Positions 1-13,334 of a stretch of DNA of 64,000 bases are shown here, piece after piece (the first letter of the stretch is position 1; each line of letters opens with the position of its first letter). The translations under genes were made by a program, and so were the position numbers. The DNA comes from Marsupella aquatica (lineage: Eukaryota; Plantae; Marchantiophyta), in contig OZ316891.1 in NCBI GenBank assembly GCA_973895155.1, positions 4,371,508 through 4,435,507 on the forward strand, in the 5' to 3' direction. The notes under the pieces were generated by a model. That model did no database searches. It saw only the letters and a list, made by a program, of their open reading frames with translations, and had not been told where the DNA came from.

Positions 1-1190
1 CAGGCTGAAACCGTTGCACCAAGTTTAGGGTTTAAGACTTTATCAACCAAAATGTTAGCCTACATACATGGACAGACCGGACACTTTCTCGAGCTTCCTG
101 GACAGAAGTTTTCCAGAAATGGTCAGCAGGAAGGACTTACAGCGGATCGTCCTGCAGACCGTCCTCAATTGCACCGTCAACAGCAAGTCTACAGAAGTTG
201 TTTTATCCGCAGCAGTTGTTTTGTTTCGAGTTCGGTTCCTAACAGCACGTATAAGGGTTACCCGCTGTAGGTGAAAGTTATGCTACTCCCTTGAGATTAG
301 CAAATGCACCGAGTGATATAGGGTAATTGCAAGAGTTGAGGCTAAAATAGGACAGTACGATTAGTTCTGCAGTAAAACTTGACAAAGTCATTATGTCAAG
401 ATGAGCCACTGATAACACATAGTACCCAAAGTGCTAGACGTCTAACCAACAACGAAATCAAATACGCACCTTGAGCACGTGCCTCGCCTCGCCTCGACTA
501 GCACCAGATGAAATGAAATAACCCACAGCGCAGGCCCTTATAGGAGTGCTGTCGACTTACAGACTCTAAAGAAGCACTCGTATCCACTCTAAAGAAGCAC
601 CTGCAGCATCAGCACCTGCATCAAATCGTCAGAAACTATGCTCAGTCAGGCTGAAAAACGTTGAACGAACTTTAGGGTTTCAGACTTGATCCAACTAAAG
701 TGGTAGCGCACATACATGGACAGACCAAACACTTTCTCGAGCCTCAAATGGTAGCGCACAGACATGGACACACCAGACACTTTCTCGAGCTTCATGGACA
801 GAAGTCCGTCCTTCTACTATGAAATGGTCAGCAGAAAGGACTTACTGCGGATCTTCCTGCAGGCCGCCCTCAATTGCACCGTCAACAGCAAGTTTGCAGA
901 AGTCGTTTTATCCGCAGCAATTGCTTTGTTTCAAGTTCTGTTCCTAACAGTACAAGGGTTACCCGCTGTAAGTGAAGGTTATCCTACTCCCTTGAGATTA
1001 GCAAATGCACCGATACTGTTGTACAGCAATTGCAAGGGTTGAGGCTAAAACCGGACACTAGCACAGTAAAACTTGGCAAGGGGATTGTCAGAGCTACTTT
1101 CAATGAATAAAGGCCTCAGGTTTGGAAGGATAATGTAAGAAATGTCGCCAAGCTGACTCAAAACTTACAAGGAAATCAAATACGCACACC
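1..1190. repeat. Degenerate tandem duplication, period about 650-720 bp (two copies visible)
   Basis: The block CAGGCTGAAA...TTTAGGGTTT...CATGGACAGACC...CACTTTCTCGAGC...CTCAATTGCACCGTCAACAGCAAG...CCCTTGAGATTAGCAAATGCACCGA starts at 1 and again at 648. GAAATCAAATACGCAC occurs near 455 and near 1172. ORFs 68..274 and 764..1042 are similar only because of this repeat. Confidence 0.75.
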
Positions 1191-2557
1191 CTAAACCCTA
1201 AACTTCTAAACAATGAGAACGGAACAAAGAAGTTTGGTATGAAAAAATTTCCCTTGATCGAATCACCTCACCTTTGCTAGCTAGCATTAAAGATGGCCGG
1301 GTGCTCTAATTCTCATTCATCCATGACCAGCTCGTCTATGAAGCGGATCAGGTATTCTAATGACCTGGGACTTGCAAAAGCTCTACGCTTAAGAACAAGC
1401 AAGATTTGACGGTTTGATATTCTCCCCTGAATCAAGCTGGTTATCGCTGGCTGGATAGAGACCTTAAAAAGAGTCCGAAATAGAGTCATCTTCAGACCGA
1501 GTCCATCATGACTTAACCTGGGCACATTTGCCTACACAGTCACTCGCCACTCAAAATGCTCCTTTTCTTTGTCCCTGTCCCTGTGGGAAAAGCATTCTGG
1601 CCTCATCTCCCACACTCAAATTTCTCCCTCCCGGGCTCCCTCCTCTCCAACGGCCTTGAACCAAAGGGTAGTATGGTTACAGATCAGATAATTAGAGTAA
1701 TCATGTTAAATATTCGTGACAAACACAACAAACATTTTGAACTCATTTGGGCGAATAGTATTGAAGTACATTAGAGCTGCCATTTAAGTGGAGCTCTTTG
1801 ATGCTTAAACGAGCCAGCCATGTCCATGCTTTGCATGAAAGATATCGAGGAGAGGAGAAGATATCAAGGGGAGTAAAACATGTCAAGGAGAGAAAAAGAT
1901 GTAGAATTAAATGAGAAAAAAATGAGACAAACATGTGGAAGCCAGTAAAAGGGCCATGGGAGGAAAACATGATGAAGATAAAATACACAAGATGCAAAAC
2001 ATGATGAAGATAAAATACCCAAGATACAAATATGAGAACATTTCTTCTACTTCAGTTGGCACATATGGCAGTTGTAGGAACCACGGGCCCCAACTATGGG
2101 TGTTGAGGCCAGGCTGAATTAATGGGAGTCTGTGCATTGGGGCTTGGAGGGGAGTGAGGGCAAGTAGGGCAAAATGGTGGGAGTTGGCAGGGGTGCATCT
2201 AGTTCCCAATGGATTTAGGCCATAGGGCAGGGCTAGTACCACCTTGTCCTTCCAAGAAAGAGGGCTTGTGTCAGGCCTGACACCCAGTTTTAGCAGCAAG
2301 GAGAGGAAGCCTTTGGTCATGGGATGGCAGGAGGGAGAAAGGGAAGGAGGGAGAGAGAAATTTGGAAAATAACCAATAATTGAGAGGTGGATCCAACCCT
2401 GATGAGAGGGTGGTGAGATTTCAAGGGGTTCAACATTTTAAAAAAAACCTCCAACCCCATACATGCACACAACCAACCCAAAACACATCCCAAATTGTTT
2501 TCCTCGTTTCCTAAAAAATTCCCCTTCCTTCCTCCCTCCGTCAATTCAAGGAGTATC

Positions 2558-2865
2558 CTTAGGGATTTCACTTCCACAAAATTGGCATCATATGCAACAA
2601 AGAACATGGTCATTTTACTAATTCTAAGCAAAAGCTTAGAAAACCTTGTAGAAGAACATTGCCCACGGTCTTTTAAATACAATTGTTAATCTTGTAAGTG
2701 CCCAGGCTTGTAAGAACATTAAGGTCCTTTTAGTCAAACTTTTGGAATATTCTAGAAATATCTCAAATTATGGTGAAAGAATAAAATGCAGTCTTATGTT
2801 TTAGGGGGCCTAAGGCTTAAAAATGTTGGAGTTGATGGGGCTTCTCTATATGGGAGAACCTTGAG
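2558..2865. mobile_element. MITE / non-autonomous TIR element (CTY...RAG family, 8-bp TSD), copy 1
   Basis: Left end CTTAGGGATTTCACTTCCAC, right end GGGAGAACCTTGAG. Flanks are GGAGTATC (2550-2557) and GGAGTACC (2866-2873). Internal sequence is similar to 21945-22208. Confidence 0.7.
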
Positions 2866-4077
2866 GGAGTACCTCCTACTTGCAGGGATTCTGATGGATG
2901 GCAACCTTCAGGGGTACCAAATGCGCAAAACGAATTGGCTAAAAAAGGGGAGAGAAATAACAAAAAATGTCATTATGATTTGGTTAAGTACACTTCTCAA
3001 AATACTGGACACATTTCCAACTGAAGAATGTTGTGCATGCTTCTTAAGAGATTGGGACTTCCAAAAAAAATGGACACACTTCCAAAGACTTGGCATGCAA
3101 GAGGTGGATTGCATGATTGAGGACTACCAAAGGAGGCAAAAAAGTCTCCAGTCCTTTCACTAATCCAAGGACTGTCAACGGCCAAGATTAGCACATCTTA
3201 GGTAAAAAATACTTCATGACACACTTCCACAAATGTTGGGCACACTTCCAAGAGGTAAGGACGTTCGAAAAGTGTGGACACACTTCCAAAAGACTTGACA
3301 TGCAAGATCTAACCTTTCAATCTCAACTACTCAATCCTAGCCATCAAGGGATATATGGCACATTCAGTGCTCATGGACTCCTATTAAGTGCTCATGGAAT
3401 CCTTTCTTATGGAGAAAAAAAGACTAAAATGGTAGTCCTCAATCGTGTAATCCACCAAGATCTAACCTTTCAATCTCAACCAAACAATCATAGCCATCAC
3501 ATGTAACAATTGGGTCACTCTTTGTAAATTTCTTACAATAATTCCTTGCACATGTACTTTTGGAGGAGAAAAAGATTTTCCTTTTGATCATCAGTACCCC
3601 TCAATCTTACCATCCAAATTTGATATAGTGAGCGGGATAGTGAGAGCCGTGACAAAATCCAAGGTCTGCAGGTTGAGAAGTACCTCCTTTCCTCTTTGGT
3701 TTCCTCCTCCTCAATCTGAGAGGTTGAGGGAGTCCTCCTCCATGAGGTCGAGGGAGGGGTTGAGAAGTACCTCTTGACCTCATTGATTCCCTATGCAACC
3801 CCCAGTCTGCAAAAGGGTGTAAGGTTGGCACAATCCTGTAAGGTTGGCCCCAGGTTGGCGCAATCCAAGAAGGGACCAACAGGGGTAGGAATGACTACTT
3901 TTTTATCAAATTGTGCTGAAAATAACCCATTTGGAATCATTTGAACAGACCCAATAGAGTCCCACCCATTTCTTATTTTGTGAGTAGAGGATTCTGAAAA
4001 GAAGTGGGATTGCATATATGGTATGTTGATAGGCTAGGTTTTAACTTGAGATTTGCTTGAGAAAATATAATTGATTC

Positions 4078-4451
4078 CTCAGGTGGGTCACTATATGGAG
4101 AGCCATACATCACCTGTGATATTTGGAGGTTTGACCCCCCTAATTTAGAAGTAATTTATTTATCCCCAAACCCTTTCCTTCTTTAAATTTTATCATTTTA
4201 CTTATAAAAAACCCTAAAATGTTTAAAGAAAGTAAGTTTTACAATTAAATAAGTTTATTTGTTCTTTAAAATTGACCAGTCAATAAAATATGTCATTTTG
4301 GTTCTTCTGCAAAACTTTGGAAGCTTTTAGTCACACCCATTTAAATGAACATATAATTCATTGCACATGATGTATCATTTCTGTGGAAGTGACCGCCCCC
4401 CCCCCCCCCCCATGATGTGTCATTTGTGTGGAAGTGACCCCCCTCCTTGAG
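4078..4451. mobile_element. MITE of the same family, copy 2, opposite orientation
   Basis: The start CTCAGGTGGGTCACTATATGGAGAGCCATACATCACCTGTGA is a reverse-complement homolog of 22150-22208. The end is GTGGAAGTGACCCCCCTCCTTGAG, with that terminal segment locally duplicated around a poly-C run. Flanks ATTGATTC and GCTGATTC match at 6 of 8 positions. Confidence 0.65.
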
Positions 4452-5269
4452 GCTGATTCAATTCTATAAAAAATCAAGTAGTCACCAAGAGCTTGGACCA
4501 TCTCCACCTTATCAAAAATTTCATCCATAAATGCCAATATTTAGAATGGCAATCAAATTTGGAAGCTACACCTCCTAGGATTGGTTGCTTCGCCCATAAA
4601 TATCCCCAAAAGCCCTAGCAACTAACTCACCAAATTAGGTGGCTATACTAACTGCCACATTTTAGAACATGGGCGGTTGCAATACCAACGCGTCACAATC
4701 TGCAAGTGACCCTCTCCATGTTAACCATGCGCAGTGCCAATTTCAAAATGTATGAAGCAGATCACCATGCATCACATTCAGCAAATTCAACATATGTTTG
4801 TCAGGCGTATGCATCTTGTGTGATTTTGATATTATGATAATAGATATTGCTTCCCAGGGAGGCATCTCAACATCATGTGACCCGGTATTCTTTGAGATCA
4901 ATATATCAATCTAGTTTCTAGTCAAAATTTGTCATGTCTTATGGAAGTGGCAGAAGCAAATACGTCGAATGAGACAAAGATTGCAAACGCTTGTATATTA
5001 ATGACCTGAAAATTGCAAGGAGTTTATATGATACTATTTGATGGGATGCGGGGATTAGTATCATAGAAACTATTTATAGGCACTGCCCTATGTATTATGG
5101 TCACAGAAAGTAGATTGTGTGAGAGAAAATACCGTAAAGAGTATAATTCATTTTGAAAGTAGCTTGCAATACAACAAAAACGGACTCCTCTCAAAAACCA
5201 AGATAGCATTCTCTTGGGGAACAAATTAATCCTTGACAGTCTCTCCGTGTATGCATCCGGAGATGCATC

Positions 5270-7650
5270 CTCCCCTGCGGATGTGGCAGCTTACAATTGG
5301 GAACAAAAACAATTCTTTCTTTCAAGCTGCTAGCTGGTGTATCATACCCTCTCATCTACCCCAAAGCATGGAGAAAATGGCATGTTAACGCACCTAATTC
5401 TATCGGAAGAGGATCCATTTTCCTAGGGGTACACATTCATTCAGACCTGCATGAGTTCCCCAGCAGACTTTGTGTCATGAGGGCTCTAGTGAGGTTAAGG
5501 GTTACCTTGAGTTTCCAGTGGCTTAAGCGTACAATCCAACCAAGAACCCTCTTATATATCGAACAACTAAAATACCATTCAATGGGGACTAAACTCGTGG
5601 CTTAGTTTCTCTGCTTGTGCCATTCTCCGCTGCTGCGGCTGTGGCAGCAGGCCATTGGCAAGCAAACAGGGTTTATGTAGAGCGCACTAATACGTGGTAA
5701 GTGCAACCGCTCGTCTACCCCAATGCCTGGAGCAAATACCGTGTTAACATATGAGCACCTATCAGAAGAGGGCCCATTTACCCTTTTACTTAGGGGCATT
5801 CATGCAGACTGAGCCACGCCCCCAGCAGACCGTATGCCATGAGGGCTCTAGTTAGGTTAGGACTTACATTGAGTTTAGAGTGGCTTAAGTATTCAATTCA
5901 ACCAAGCAACCTCCTATCAAAAACAAAAATTAATTAATTACCAATAAGGACGAAATTCATGGTTTAGTTTCTCTGCCGTTCTCCGGCAGATTACCATCGG
6001 GCAAACAAACAGGTCTTCCTTAATTTAGACCTGCTAGCTGGTGCATCCGACGCTCTCATCTACCCAAAAGTGTGGAGAAAATAGCGTTAACGACATGAAC
6101 ATATCGGGGAACATATACAAAAGAGAGCCCGGTTAGCCAGAGTTTTGATGCAGACTTGCGTGATTTCCTCAACACATTGTGTTGTAATATGAAGGCTCCA
6201 GTACGTTGGGTTAGGGGTTACCCATTGAGTTTAGAGGCTAGGGACTAGCTTAAGCATCCGATCCAACCAAGCAATCTCCTTCGAAACCTTCAAAAGCATC
6301 CATGGGCCTCGGCCAGGTTCATGGCTGACATTCTCCCTTGCGGACGTGGCAGCCTGCCATTGGATACACAAACAGGCCTTCATTTGCATCGGGCTGCTAG
6401 CTGGTGCGGGCAGCCTGCCATTGGATACACAAACAGGCCTTCATTTGGACCGGGCTGCTAGCTGGTACGGGCAGCCTGCCATTGGATGCACAAACAGGCC
6501 TTCATTTGCATCGGGCTGCTAGCTGGTGCGGGCAGCCTGCCATTGGATGCACAAACAGGCTTTCATTTGCATCGGGGTGCTAGCTGGTGCGGGCAGCCTG
6601 CCATTGGATGCACAAACAGGCCTTCATTTGGACCGGGCTGCTAGCTGGTGCGGGCAGCCTGCCATTGGATGCACAAACAGGCCTTCATTTGGACCGGGCT
6701 GCTAGCTGGTGCGGGCAGCCTGCCATTGGATACACAAACAGGCCTTCATTTGGACCGGGCTGCTAGCTGGTGCGGGCAGCCTGCCATTGGATGCACAAAC
6801 AGGCCTTCATTTGCATCGGGCTGCTAGCTGGTGCGGGCAGCCTGCCATTGGATGCACAAACAGGCCTTCATTTGGATCGGGCTGCTAGCTGGTGCGGGCA
6901 GCCTGCCATTGGATACACAAACAGGCCTTCATTTGGATCGGGCTGCTAGCTGGTGCGCGCAGCCCTCTCATTTACCCCAAAGCTTGGGGCAAATAGCATG
7001 ACACCACATGGACATCTATGAGGAGAGGGCCTGTTTACGTAGGGACATTCATGCAGACCTGCGTGACTTCTCCAGCAGACGTTCTGCCCTTGAGTTAGGT
7101 TAGTGAATTCCTTGAGTTTAGAGTGGCTGAAGCTTCTCATCCAACCAGGCAACCTCCTATCAAAGAAGCATTCTTGCACTCTGACTATACCAACAGCGGG
7201 CTGCAAGTTGCATGTTGCTGTGTGGACATCTGTCACGTAAGAGACCCTTCAAGTGTAGACCAAGGTGACTTCTCAGGAGATGTTCCGCCCTTGAGTTAGG
7301 TTAGGGATTTCCTTGAGTTTAGAGTGGCTGAAGCGTCGAATCCAACCAAGCAACCTCCCATCGAAGACAAAATAGCAGCGAACCAGATTTGCTTACATCA
7401 TTTGATGACGGCATTCTACTCTGTATCCACGTGGCACCTTCCTATTGGGAAAACAAGCACTACAGCAATAGCCGGGCTGCGAGTCGCGTGTTGCTGTGTG
7501 GACATCTGTCACGCAAGAGACCCTTCAAGTGGCGCATCCAATCAGCACTGTCTAATTTCTTGAGGACTAGTAAGGCATTCATGGAGACCCGAGGCTCACT
7601 TGTCCTGGAGATCGTCTGCGGGGAAGAGTCTGGAGTGGCTTAAGCATCGC
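5270..7650. repeat. Degenerate tandem repeat of about 345 bp (about 4 full and 2 partial units)
   Basis: The motifs GCTGCTAGCTGGTG, CTCTCATCTACCCCAAAGC, CATTCATGCAGAC, GAGGGCTCTAGT.AGGTTAGG, TTGAGTTTAGAGTGGCTTAAGC and CAACCAAGCAACCTCC recur in order, with unit starts near 5270, 5620, 5970 and 6340 and partial units near 7280 and 7560. Confidence 0.75.
6348..6957. repeat. Minisatellite, 10 x 61 bp, nearly perfect
   Basis: Unit GGCAGCCTGCCATTGGATRCACAAACAGGCCTTCATTTGSAYCGGGCTGCTAGCTGGTGCG starts at 6348, 6409, 6470 and so on to 6897. There are no unique spacers, so it is not a CRISPR array. Confidence 0.95.
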
Positions 7651-8300
7651 TCCAGTTCTTTGGAAGCTTTTGCCGCAGGAGGTAAAGTGTTATACATGTG
7701 CACGAGGAAATCCGCTACTTGTTGATGGGCCTTGGTCAGCTCTCAAGGTCTGCCATTTTTAGGTCTTGGCTGCATCGCATTCGATTCTGTGTCTAGATTC
7801 CCTAGCTTTCCCACATGCTTCTGTTGCAGAGTCGGTTTGCATCCCGTTGTGTCACAAAATTTGCCGCCTTTCGATCTCTGAAACACAGCGTTTATGCATT
7901 CCATGTTTGTTTGCTGGCAAATTAAAACCATGAATTCAAACACACAGATCCCATTGTCATCGACAGACTTATGAATACACCAGACAGATGCCATTGTCTT
8001 CGTTGGACCATTTCTCACACTTGTGTTTCCTCTTTGCAGGTTGGCTGCTGGTTTGCTTCTCTCTTTTGCTCCTCCTTTCGCTCCTTGGTGTCAATTCTCT
8101 GTCACATCTCTGTCACATCTCTTATGCTGCGCTTAGCTTGTAAAGTTTATTACATTTAGGAGATTTAGCAAGTGCTCATTGGGCAGATGCTTGTTTCGAA
8201 GAGTTGAGAGTCATATTTCAATATTTTTGTTCTTTGCCCTACGTCAGGTGGGGCGACTTAGCGGACTATATCTGGCTGTCAAAAACTTACAGATTCAGTG

Positions 8301-8858
8301 TGGTCCACCGAAGCTTGCTTCCCAATTAGGATGTAGTACGTAGGGGTATCTTGCAAAGTTGTAGAGTCCAGCCAAAAGAGTGCAGGGCACCTGGACTCAA
8401 GAAAAGGTTGTCGAACTGTTAGAAATCTTATAGCCAACGCTACGACTCGACTCCTGGAGTCTACCCGGAGCCCCTCGGCTACACAAGTAAATTTCTTAGA
8501 AAACGTGGAAGATCGGAAAGTTCACACTATATATATGTGACTCCACCACCCCGTGTACCCACCCGAAGTCTGGATGCAGTTTACTGAGGACTGACTACCT
8601 TCTTTATCCAATCCTCACCTGTGACAATATAGCTACTGATCTAATCCCCGTAGGAAAGGTCTGAGGCCTTCACTAATTCAGTCTCCGCATTCTCAATCCT
8701 TAGACTACCTGATCGGTGGACTAGCTGAATACTTGCTTCCCTTTTTAGAATCTTAGGCTCGACTCATTTTGTTCACTCCTTCTTCAAATGGTTTAACTGT
8801 CTTCATTTGCAGCCTGCAGTAGTTATTGCACATAAGCTCCTTAGGAACGATATATTCA
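8301..8858. mobile_element. Candidate solo LTR (558 bp)
   Basis: TG...CA ends are flanked by the 5-bp direct repeat CAGTG (8296-8300 and 8859-8863), and there is an internal TATATATA near 8528. The terminal inverted repeat is only 2 bp, so chance cannot be excluded. Confidence 0.35.
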
Positions 8859-9810
8859 CAGTGTGTTGTATCGGTGTATGTTAGGGATAGGTTCGGGATA
8901 ACATATGTGATGAAGACCACAAAACTGTAGCAAATCTCACACCTCTAGCAGAGTCGTTATTGTCGTCTGTCCTCTTTTGTGAAAAGAGGAGGCAGTGGTA
9001 AGATTAGGCAGACGAAGCTCTGCTCTTGTGATTAAGTTTTGTGATTTAAGCATATATTGGTCTATGTATTCACAAGTGGTAACACAGTGTTTGTGTTTTT
9101 GTGTATATCCTGTTTAATTTCATATGTCCAGTTTGGGTGAGCATCGTGCATCTCCGCTAGCTCTCCTCTTTGGCGCACTGTGATCATTCCTGGGTTAGCA
9201 CTCAAATGCCTGTGGTCTTCTAATTTTTCCCACTGAAGTTTCTTTCGATAGGATTATTATCTAGGCTTCTTGGAACCACTCAATCGGGCAGATTCGTGTT
9301 TCGAAGAATCCACTAATTTTAGTTGGCTTATGTCTCAAAATGTTCTTGCTCTCAGTGCTCGCCTTGTAATTCGCAAGTTCTGTTTTAAAGCAGAAAAGCT
9401 TTGCAGGAAGGATGCAAAGGAGTGATCTGAGTATCAGTCTTTGTATGCATAAGATGTGAATTATTGTTTGGATGTTTGGGCTCAAGAATCTTATATATTT
9501 CCTGTCTGCAGTTTGGCTAAGTCTACTGCTTCCGCTCTTGTCTTTAGCGCCTTTTTGTCATTTTGAGGTGAGATATTAAGGTGTATGCACAAGCTGTGAA
9601 TTATTGGTTGGAAGTGCTCAGATGCTTGCTTTGAAAAGTCAGTGCTTGCTGGGTTATTTCTCGATACATGGTTCCCTAGGTCTTAGTGGTTTCATGCATG
9701 GCTTGATGTATTTATCTTGCATGTTTGAACCGATTCTTAAACGGTTGGGTTTCTCTTGGCAGTTTGGCTTATGAGTCTACTTCTGTTGCTCTTGACAGGT
9801 TTCAGGCCCG

Positions 9811-11350
9811 ATGGACGTCATTGAGTCAGTTGTTTCGTCCCTCCCTGAGGATTCGAGTCCGGTGATTATAGTTGGAGCTGGCCCTTCTGGTCTAGCCACG
9901 GCTGCAGCACTCAAGGTGAAGGGGATATCCAGCATTATCATCGAAAGGGAAGACTGTATTGGATCTCTGTGGAAGAAAAAAACTTATGATCGCCTACACT
10001 TTCATATCCCGAAGAAGTTCTGTTCGCTCCCTCATTTCAAGTTTCCCTCTCATTTCCCTGAATACCCAAGCAGGGATCAGGTCGTAGAGTACCTGGACGA
10101 ATATGCCAAAAACTTCCAGCTCCGTCCCCTTTTGAACCATACGGTAGTGGCTTCTAGTTATGATGACGTCATCGGGGCCTGGAAAGTTTCTGTTGTTCAT
10201 GCCAGTAAACCAGAGTGTCCTTTGGGGTTTGTGAGCAAGTGGCTAGTCGTTGCTTCGGGAGAGAATTGCGAACCTATGTTCCCTCAGGTTCCAGGAATTG
10301 AGAATTTCAAAGGGCCAATCCTCCACTCCAGTCAGTACAAGAATGGATCTGCATACTGTGACCGGAGAGTGCTGGTTGTGGGAAGTGGAAACTCAGGGAT
10401 GGAGATTGCTTTGGATCTTGCAAATCATGGTGCTCACCCCTTTCTGGCAGTCCGTGGCGAGGTAAGTTTCTGTAATTACTTCAACATATGAATAGAAGTC
10501 TGTTTTCTATTGCATGTAACAGTAGGTTGTTGTAGTCAACTGACACGAGGTGCATTGATTTTTTCTTGCAGGTACACATCTTACCAAGAGATATCTTTTG
10601 TATCTCAACATTTTCCCTCACAACCACACTTCTTGGACTCGGATTTCCTATATGGTTTATTGATGGTATATTCCTGTTCTACTCTTGGGCCCTATACGGG
10701 AACCTCTCAAGCTTAGGATTTTCTAGGCCAAAAGAAGGGCCCATGGAGGTAAAACTGAAGGTGGGAAAGACACCTGTTCTTGATGTGGGAGCGCTTAGCA
10801 AGATCAAAAGTGGTCACATCAAGGTAATTACTCTGCTTAGTCAACTCTAGGTCAATGGTCTTTTCTTGCTTCTAGAATATATATATCAAAGACATCAATT
10901 CCTTACTGACTCAGGGTTTTACTTTCCATTATTTTGCCTGAACAGGTTGTGCCTGGTGTTAAGAGTTTTTGTGATCTTGGAGCCACTTTCGAGAACGAGG
11001 AAAATTTGTCTTTTGATGCAATAATCATGGCAACAGGTTACAAAAGCAACGTGTGTATATGGTTGCAGGTAAATCTTGGACAAGTTTTTTCCTTGTGTTT
11101 AATTCAACAATCTGTGTAATGGTTAGTATATCTAGACTCTCTACCAAGAGAATCATATCTACTGTTTTTATCATTTCAGGGAGGAGACGATTTTTTCAAT
11201 GTATCCGGACATCCCAAGGCTGCATACCCAGGAGGATGGAAAGGTGAGAGGGGACTGTTTGCCGCAGGGCTCACCAGGAGAGGATTTCAGGGAGCTTGTC
11301 ACGATGCTGAGGAAATAGCTGATTTTATCGACAAACAGCAGTCCAACTGA
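9811..11350 (+). CDS. YUC: YUCCA-family flavin monooxygenase (indole-3-pyruvate monooxygenase, auxin biosynthesis), about 398 aa, 4 exons: 9811-10461, 10572-10823, 10946-11068, 11180-11350
   Basis: Motifs: FAD-binding GAGPSG, LWKKKTYDRL, ASGEN, FMO motif LHSSQYKNG, NADPH-binding GSGNSG, GKTPVLDVG, ATGYKSNV and C-terminal WKGERGLFAAGLTRRG. Three phase-0 GT-AG introns give an open frame to TGA at 11348-11350. Confidence 0.95.
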
Positions 11351-13334
11351 TACCGTAGTGTTGTTAACACAGAAGCACTAAAGGTTCGGTAGCTGAGGGG
11401 AACAAAGTATTTCTTGTAGAAGAGTAAGGAAAGTGTTCCCAGGGTGGAATGACATTTTTCAGAATAAGTTAGTTGTATCTGGTAGCTTTGCATGCATCAG
11501 ATATGATTCCAGATACCAGAGAATGTTGAATAAAGCCTAAGTTATCCCTAACTTTTAACACTAGTGACATATATAATGGTGGAATTGGGATAGGCAATTA
11601 ATCTGACTACCTGATGAGATACATACCAAGCTAACACGCTCCTTTTTACTGATAGCCTCAGTAGTTACCTGTCACTGAAATAAACAGTTGTATACATGTT
11701 CTCTAATATGATTACATTGTAGACCATTTGCTTCAATCCGATTATGTATCGACTTTTTAGGCATTTCCTTCAGAAAGTAGCCTTGACATGTCCTTACCCC
11801 AAACCCTAATCCAATTTAATCCGGATAACCTTGCTGCCATTGCATCCTGGAGTTCGCACTCCAAGATACCTGAATGAGTTCTTCCCGCGCACCTACCAAG
11901 GGTTGTAAACTATATATTATCACAAAACAACCAAACTCAACAAACTCCCATTGGAATTTTTAACTAAAACTCTCTTGATGGCGCCTTCAACCAAAATCTC
12001 CCTACAATGCATGCAACACACATTCTCTTCCTTAGGCTCATCCGGATCCAAAAGAGAGTGGTCGTGTCTTTGGTCGCCTATAACCTCAGCGTCCTACCTT
12101 TGCAACTGGCCTTTCAGGTTAGTATTTCTGCTCAGGTACGTGGTGCTCCCTTTCTCTAGTTTAGTGCTCCCTATGAGCCTCAGCGTTTCCCCGCTCCTTA
12201 AAGATTTAGTAAGCCCCATACTTATCATGTAAGTTTAGTTTACTCATCCATATATTTAATTACAACGCGAAACCAGAGTACTATGTCAGTTGGGTATTGG
12301 AACCAGCTTCACACCTCTCAACTCAGGGAATCATTTATAGATGTAACACATATTATATGGTGTTTTATTATAGCCTGGATCTACCGGAAAATCAGCAAAC
12401 ACCTCAGCCAGCATTTAAAAAGTTTGATTAAAATTTAATGAAACTTTTCATAAAAAGGACAAGTTCTAGGGGTTCAGATATAGGTCGGTGCATACTTATT
12501 GCCTTTAAGTTCCCAAACTCCGCCCAAACTGTACCATCTAATTAAATACCCTTTGCTGGTGTCATCAATGGCACCCAAAAAGATGCAAACTTTGACTTAT
12601 CACCATCAGACATGGCTTCCATGAACTTCAGCTTCCACCACCTTACCTTCTTAATAAGGTGGATGCTCTCTAGTATTCCACAACCAACCACTTCCCCACT
12701 CTACTGCCCCGTATATTGACCAATTTATCCGCGACTCTCACTTGCAATTCTGCCAAAGTGGGCTTGAAGGCATAAGCACAAAGTTCCGCCGAATACTCGA
12801 GGTATGACTGTCCATACTTAATGGCCAGAACCTCATCTTCATCTGCCTGTACCTTCATTTTTTTGAAGTCATCATCACCTCTTTTGCCCCGCTTTTCACA
12901 AGGAAGATCTGCAAGGTTAGGAGTTTGAAAGAGGGGAATATAGGGGGTAAGTAGGGAAATTAACCCCAAAGTACCCCATGCTCCCCCCCCCCCCCCCTTA
13001 GTATTGGGGGTAATTTCCATAAGAGGAGTCGGGAATTCATTCCCCTCTTATCAAAGCAATTCATGGTAAGGTATTTGTCCCATATTTAGTAGGGAACCAA
13101 TTCTCCTTGTAGTGGATGGGCTGCTATGCTTGTAAATTACCTATGTACCAAGGGTAATGATTCGGTGTGTCTTGCAAGTGCATTTAACCTAAACCCTAAA
13201 CACACACAAAAGAACACAAGAAAGAATACCAAAGAAACAGTGGACATGAGAAACAATGGACATGATTCAAAGATGAAGTGTTCAATTCATAATGCTCCCG
13301 CAGGAGGCTCGCACAAGTACATATGTGGCAAGGA

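Noticed and set aside
1188-1202. CCCTAAACCCTAAA telomere-like repeat
   Set aside because: Only two units, which is a common telobox rather than an interstitial telomere.
1300-3900. Short ORFs and CACACTTCCAA / GGTTGAGAAGTACCTC repeats
   Set aside because: No protein motifs and no definable termini, so likely degraded repeats.
6348-6957. CRISPR-like regular array
   Set aside because: The units are contiguous 61-bp copies with no unique spacers and no cas genes, in a eukaryotic context.
12400-13020. Minus-strand ORF 12670..13020 and downstream coding-like fragments
   Set aside because: No recognisable motif and broken by stops. It is probably a transposon remnant, but I cannot assign it.
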